The notes beneath the pieces are model-generated. The model did not search any database. It was not told the origin of the DNA and saw nothing but the letters and a program-made list of their open reading frames with translations. DNA of 61,943 nt, counting the filler, from Basidioascus undulatus (taxonomy: Eukaryota), in NCBI GenBank assembly GCA_000826855.1. It is 8 parts of 8 records of this genome, joined end to end, with 100 filler letters (N's around TTAATTAATTAA, not from the genome) between each part and the next. Parts side by side here need not be neighbours in the genome. Positions count along the whole stretch, not along the records: positions 36,110 to 61,943 come from JTLS01000202.1; 7 more parts are not named here. One strand, given 5' to 3'. Below are positions 52,816 to 61,943 of the stretch, one piece after another. The position numbers and the translations under genes were made by a program. Within the stretch, counting starts at the first letter, position 1. Each line of letters begins with the position of its first letter.

Positions 52816-53214
52816 TGGTCCTTCACCGCTGTGGAAGTAGCAGTGATGAAGCGGATTGGGCCCGGAGGTCTGTAAGACCTCTCTCCTTGCAACCTTGAGG
52901 ATTGCTAAGCATCATACAGAGTTTCGGAACATGTCCAATTATGCAAACACTCCTCATCCCAATTTGATTCTTCACCCCGCCCGCCGCACAAAGGTGGTGG
53001 TCTAATAGGCTTAGCACGCGGAAAAGAATTTTCAATTCGGACTTAAATCCTATGTTTTGATCGCGTAACAAGCCAATCTAATCATCTTCATCACACACCT
53101 CGCTGTCATAGAGGTCCCACTCCCACACGTTTTCAGGTAGCCTGTTCACATGCGTGTGAGCTGAGAAGGTACCGAAGACATTCAAGGGGGCACTCATGTT
53201 GGTGTCGATCCAGT

Positions 53215-53262
53215 GTATCGATAAGTATGAATGAGGGCGTATCGATAAGTATGGATGAGAAC
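53215..53262. repeat. 24-nt imperfect tandem duplication
   Basis: GTATCGATAAGTATGAATGAGGGC followed by GTATCGATAAGTATGGATGAGAAC. Confidence 0.9.
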
Positions 53263-53629
53263 TTGAACACGCCCAAGCACTTCAGATATTCCACTTCGGT
53301 CGAGTGCAAAATCAGCCAGGATGTCCAGAGCTTCGTACTCGTACTTGTTGAGCTCACCAAACTGATCAGAACAGATTTAATTAGCGTATCGAATTCCAGG
53401 CAATCTCACATCAGAGATGCAAGGGAAGGTAAGGTAGCGCGTACGCAGTCAGGTCCCAGCCTGATCCACCTAAAGCGAGGCAGCTTGCCCGCCTTGACCA
53501 GCTTAGAAAGTCGGTGATGAAATCCTCGATGACCGCCTTGACAACGAGCTTCTCCAGGTTGCTCAACCCTTTCTGGACGTCATCGACAATACCGTCGAAG
53601 AAGAAGTCAGCCACGATGCCTGGCGGATG

Positions 53630-54556
53630 CTCGAGCACACGTAGGCGACCCGCAAGGGCACTCTGAACCTTGTGGTCTCCCTGCCCTACTCTCTCTCCCT
53701 TACGAACTCCTTGCTCGGATATTGCAACGAAATGGATTCACTGGCGGACCAACTATCCTTTTCACGGACGTGCAGGTCACTCAGAGAGGCATGCGATGAA
53801 GGGGTTCTTCTCCAGTTGCTACACAGCCAGGGTTTACCTTGCCCCCTCACCCGTACAACTATGGACCGCGCATCCGCTCTGCGAACCGCCGTGGCTCAGG
53901 TCGCTTCGCCGAGGTGCGGGGTCAAGGCTGGCAAGGGGGGGTGTGGAGACTGCCTATCCGTAAGTAGACAAACCTTCCAGAGAGAGTTGAAAGCTAATGT
54001 GAGGTGGGCGTGTACACAACCGAAGGCACGACGACTTGCGGGAATCTCCCTCGATCCCGGCACTGCTCGAGTCGGCGAAGTGGTGTCCGAGCCCCACTGG
54101 GCGCTCTCGATAAACTCGCTGGACCTCCAAATCCGACAGAACTTCCAAAGGAGTCTACCACAGACCAAGTTCACGCGTCTCGTCTCCGCCGTCCGCAAAG
54201 CACGACGCAAACCTATCGTTTAGGCGTTCACACCCCTTTCAGAGCATCCGCTACTTGCCTTCACTTTCGCAAACACACCCCCGACACAGGAGCTTTACTT
54301 GTCCATGGACTGGAGGTCCAAGCTGTGAGGAAGGTGGTCAACCCTACCGAGTAACGATCTTGGATGTGTCTCAGCTTGGAGAGAAATGTGCGAGTCTCTA
54401 CTTTCTCAAGGGAAACCTCGTTGCTAATTTTTTGCGGTTACAACTTGGAAGAGTACCCTGGACAGCTGGGACGCCGTTGACCCCAGACAGGCCTCTCAAT
54501 ACCAAGCTGAAGTGCGCCGGCCACTCCACCGCGTTGCGGAGAGGTAGAACGTCTTG
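53630..54556 (+). pseudogene. F-box-like pseudogene
   Basis: LLSLPYELLARI /frameshift near 53720/ EMDSLADQLSFSRTCRSLREAC, an in-frame TAG at 54221-54223 before AFTPLSEHPLLAFTFANTPP, and a further frameshift in VVNPT/VTILDV. Confidence 0.6.
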
Positions 54557-54624
54557 ACAACAACTCAGGGTCGTTCTGTGAAGCTCAGACGCACTCATGC
54601 TTTTCACTATACACAACTACTTGA

Positions 54625-57507
54625 CTAAAGGCAGCATATCAAGCCATCGCCACCTTTCTCCGCGTCAGCAGCTTCCTTGTTTTGAGCTGCCAAGCCACGA
54701 TTGGACCAGCGATACTGCAGATGCTGAGGGATCGCAACAGCCAGTGCGAAAGATACGAAAGCCACGCAGACATGGAAGCCGCGGTAGTATTTGGGCTGTC
54801 GGATGTGCGTCAGTCTCCTCTTGTGCAGATTTGAAAATTTACATACTGCGTCGTCTTTGCGAAGGACTTGCGACCAATCAGGGCACCGCAATTGGCAGCC
54901 ATGACGAACCTGTACGTATTTGATTCAGCGTGTTTTACTCTTGATCAAAAGATCCCATAGCGGCCTTACATGGGCATGGCGGGGCTTCGTTGTTGGGTTG
55001 TCTTGCAGTTTACCGACAGCCACGTCTGCGAATGGTCAATGACCGTTCAGCTTGAGACCTTACGATGCCGCCCAGTATCCAAATTTACCGCATTAAGCGG
55101 GTCTGTGTTTCCGGGTATAAGAGTGAGCATCATCGTGTGGTGGATGAATGGAAGACGCAAGAACTCACGATACGCGGCGGACGTCGCCGATGTGAGAGTC
55201 AGGGTGACATACTTAACCCAACGATCGCTGCTGGACGAAACTTGCTAAAACACGACCTGTGGACGTAGTGGTGCGCCTTCAGTCAACATTTGAACAACAC
55301 CGAAATCATTAGGAAGTTTGAGACGCACCCAAAACACCCAAAACAGCCCCACAGCAACGATGGCCACAGGCCCCCCGGATGTTGACCGGTCACTACAGAT
55401 GAACAGATCAGTTGTTTCAGGAGAATCTTAGGGTGCCCAACTTGCATACCTAATAAGTCGAAACCCAATCGTAAGGACCAACAAGATCCAACCACCAACG
55501 GAACTGAGAGCGTTGGCGCGAATCTGATAGACAACAGGACAAGGGTTTGATGAGCGCCCTCACGTAAAAAGAGTCCGTAAATGCGTACTTTCGGAAAGCC
55601 AAATTGTTTGATCAGAGTAGGGGTATAGCTTCCAAGCGCTCCAGTGGGAGCGATGCAGCAGATGGCGATGAGGACGTGCGGCAGAATGCGAGGGTTGCCC
55701 AGCTACGTACATCGGCTATCAGCAAATGCATGGTGTATATAACCCCGATTCGGCTACAGTGCTGAGGATTTCAGAGGCAGTAAGCTTCCTGGTGGTCTCC
55801 TCGTGGCTTTTATGAATGCCGTCCAGAGTAACGCGAGACTAGGAGGATGTAGCGCTCGCGCTTGGTGAAGTACTGCAGTCGGGGGAAGAACAGAGGGGAC
55901 GGCCGAGAAGGCCAGTGCAGCAGGAAGAGTATGAAGATGATCGCAATGAAGAGGGTAATAAGGCCCTCAACTCGTGATGCAAACGGCCCTTCAGTGATGC
56001 TCATGTTCAATTGACATCTAAGAGGTCAACGTACTGATGAAAAGCCTAGTCGTTGCCACGACCGCGCCAATGCTCATTAATTTCGCAGCTACGGTAAAAA
56101 CGAGCGTCGAGAAGCGTACCACTGCCATCCACTGTTTACAGATGCGTCAGTCGAACGAATGAGCAACGTCTCACTGAAGTCGAGGAACAAATCTCACGCT
56201 CGGCCACCCTTCCCTCCCAGGCGCAAGATACCCGAAGCAAGCAGCCCGTTCACCGCCGAAGCCAGGCCGCTTCCAAGGAAGAAAGCAGCGTTGCGCGATG
56301 CAAGCCTACGTACGCCACGACCACTCGTTACCACCAATTCTTTACTCCCATTACTCGGCGCGCACAAATTGAAAACCAACTCACTCGTTCCTCTTATCTG
56401 CGTCAGGTCCCGCCATCATCAGCTTGTGTGGTAAGCAGAAGATGGGGATGACAAAAAATACGTACAGAAAGTGGAAATGAAGTACAGGCTTCCGGGTATA
56501 TCTGTAGGGTACACGGCTTGAGCTTCACTTCGATATGCCATAGAGAAATGAAAGCAAACGGACACCCGGACTCGGTAACGCCGAGCAAGATACGGGTTGC
56601 CCTGAAGAGGTGAATCGGTATACGCCTTTTTCCCCTTTTAGGATATGGTACCCACAGGAAGGAGCCGTAGCTGTTCATGAAGGACTGGAAGGTCCCAACA
56701 AGTCCGAAGCTGACGATTTGAGCCGTTATCCACACTTGGGGGCCGATCCTCTGAAACACATTGTTGAAAGCCATAATGTGTTTAGTCACATCTAAGGAAG
56801 GGGTTGCGGTTCAGAAACGAAGCTACGAACACATTGGAAGGGATTCTGGACGGTGAAATACGGTCAGCTGCCTAGCTCTACTGCCCGAGCACCACACACA
56901 GACCGCGTTCACGTACTTCAGGAGGATGATGCCCAAGTATAACGGGGACTGCCCCGTGTTGAATTGATTTTGATCCTGCAGGGTATAGCCGGTTGCAGTC
57001 AGTGGAATGTCCTGTTAACGGAAGTATCCCTGGACTGCTCACAATCCCAACGTCACGGAAAAGTGTGTCTGCCCTCCCATTACCTCTCAACGTTTACCAC
57101 AAACAAATTCAAAATCTGGACATACCTGTGATTGCGTTTCCTCGATCCAGCTGGAAGCCTATGTCCAACCAGTAGTCAGCGGGTGGTCGAAGCTTGGTGT
57201 GAGATCCGTATCCTACAAAAGAAGCCGAGCATGACCAGCGGCATGACTAGACAGTCCAACCTGTCAAAGGACAGAAGTAGGTGAGGTCAGCATCGGTATG
57301 CGATCAGAGTTTCTCTCGAATCTTGGACAAGGCAGCAACATCAACGTACTTTCGCCGCACCACCGTCTCCTCCTCCTCCGTCCAGACGGCGCCCTCCTCG
57401 TTGGCGGCGCTAGGGGCCTTAAGGGAAAGGTCGCCCTTTTCAGGAGTTGGTGCGCTGGTAATGGCCGGCGGTAGGTCGCTGGCATCAACGGCGGCAGGAG
57501 CAGCCAT
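54625..57507 (-). pseudogene. MFS Dal5/ACS-family transporter pseudogene (alternative sulfate/sulfonate transporter AstA/Soa1-like)
   Basis: WTEEEETVVRRK|LD..MPL, FQLDRGN, QNQFNTGQ..LGIILLE, RIGPQVWI, TRILLGVTESG|YIPG, RNAAFFLG, HPLNA|TWLSVNC, MAANCG..Q..RKDD|PKYYRGF. It has an in-frame TAG at 55245-55247 and a frameshift near 54872. Confidence 0.85.
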
Positions 57508-58142
57508 TTTGGTGAAGAGCAGTGGTCGGGCGTCACAAGGAGGAAGAGAAGAGCTGAGAGTCTTTATAGCCTCAGTATTCCATGGGAATAAGGCACACAG
57601 GCTCATGCAACTTCGGGAAGTGATGTCGATGAGCAAGGATTCAGGTCCATGTCGCCATCGGGGCTGACTGCAACATGCTGTTTCTCGAAGTGCCGCTAGG
57701 CGGGCGGCTGTCCTTCCGGCCAATCAGGATTGTTCGGCGCCTAGGAAGACGGGGAAGACTTGTAGGTATGGTTTCAAGAGTGAACAATTCCACAGCCTTG
57801 TACCTCGCAAGTGTGTTACCATTTGCGGTTGTTGCAACTCGGCGTTTGTGTGGTTTCGCAAGAGAAATGGACGTCAAAACCTTGCGAAACCTCGCCGAAG
57901 CTCATCGAGCTGAGCGACACTTTTCCATTATTGATAAGGTGCTTAAAATTGTCCGAAGGTTGTCCCTCCACGCACTCGCAATCACTCCGACCTGTCCATT
58001 CTAAACGCATTGCGTGCTCGCCCGGCCACTGCTGTCCGTGGCGCAGCGACAAGGCGTGCTGTTTAGAGCAGTCTTAACATTCGGATTTCGGAGTGACTTC
58101 CTTCCTTTCAAGCTAATCTCGTATTGGCCCACTCGTGCAAGG

Positions 58143-60952
<2,810 letters not shown>

Positions 60953-61943
60953 GGTGTTGCTGAGACACCGGTGAGGGTAATGGACGATACAGATCGGATA
61001 GATGCAATCCCTGCTGTCTGCGTGCTTTTGCTCTGTGGCGTTTGTGTTGGATGTGCGGGATAGGCTAGCCGGAGACATTCAATCCCGCAGTTATTTCTAA
61101 GCCGAAGACTAGTAGGTAGGCAGCGTCGCAAGCCTGGAACAGCTCCCGTGCAGTAGGTAACGGATCATGCCTCGTTTCACCAAGCTCTCCTCTCATCAAC
61201 AACCTGCTTGCAACAGCAGTCAGATCTTAATGTCCCAGAACGCTCTCATGAGGGTCCAGTATTGCCAGAGCTGCTGTGACAATGCGATTCGAAGGTCGAG
61301 CGCAGTACTGCATACAGGCCGTTGCGCACACCGTACAGCCGTGGCACTGTCAGGTTCGCCGGCCGCAGCGTTGCGGGCGCTGCATGGCATGCTTTCCCAA
61401 CGTTTCGGGTACTTCCAGACCAGAAAAGTTGTACTGAAAGTTTGTCTCACTCGCGAGCACCACGCTGAAGAAACGCAGCCTGCGCTGCCGTCTTGCTAAA
61501 CGTAGTTACGGTAACCCAACTCATGCGCAGCCCCGGGCCGGTCCTCCGCCGTTGCGGCGTGCCCCTCCTCCCAATCCTCATCCTCATACTCACCCTCAGC
61601 CACACCTCTTACCCGAGGTGTACATTTAAACGATGGCCGACCACCCCCTCGCCCTCTGCTTTTCTGTGGCCTGCGAGGGCCTCGCGCTCTGCTGCGCTTC
61701 ACTGTCGTACGAGCTGTCCACACTGCGTACGCCTCTCCCTCCTCCCTCCCCCTGCTTCCTCCCGTACCTTCCTTCCTTACCGGTCTTCCCCTTCTCCTTT
61801 TACTTCCTGAAGGATGGCCCTGTGCCGAGGGCGGGGCGCGTTTCTGCCGCGGAGGGAGGGCCGAGGAGGAGCGCGAAGAGGAGTACGGGGGGATTGCGGA
61901 TTGGGGGGTGAGGGGCACGGGGCGTTAGAGGGAGGGAGAGGGG

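Overview
Eukaryotic, intron-rich fungal DNA with short GT..AG introns and GC-rich codons. It looks basidiomycete; the lineage is an inference. The window is not one locus. Eight contigs are joined by an artificial 100-nt spacer (N44-TTAATTAATTAA-N44): seven of about 5.05-5.07 kb in decreasing size order, then one of at least 25.8 kb. Recognisable genes are an MscS-type channel (fragment), TCP1/CCT-alpha (fragment), PRP45/SNW1, LEU4, a metaxin/Sam37-like C-terminus, SKI2 (fragment), a mitochondrial WCPPC thioredoxin, a CENP-Q/Okp1-like gene, SER3, EFL1/RIA1, a TMEM135-like gene, a LisH/LUFS regulator, REV1, CBP4, CDC42, GLT1 and an apparently intact NRPS-like A-T-R carboxylic acid reductase. 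Three observations stand out. (i) Two places where unrelated genes are joined inside a C/T-rich intron (TCP1::MscS out of frame, SKI2::metaxin in frame). (ii) A 1-kb almost CpG-free relic containing a decayed chromodomain gene. (iii) A 9-kb run of pseudogenes, including a divergent sulfur-scavenging pair (Dal5/AstA-type transporter plus arylsulfatase) in which both partners are broken. No rRNA, tRNA or CRISPR was seen. Exon boundaries were read by eye, and family calls come from motif recognition, not database searches.
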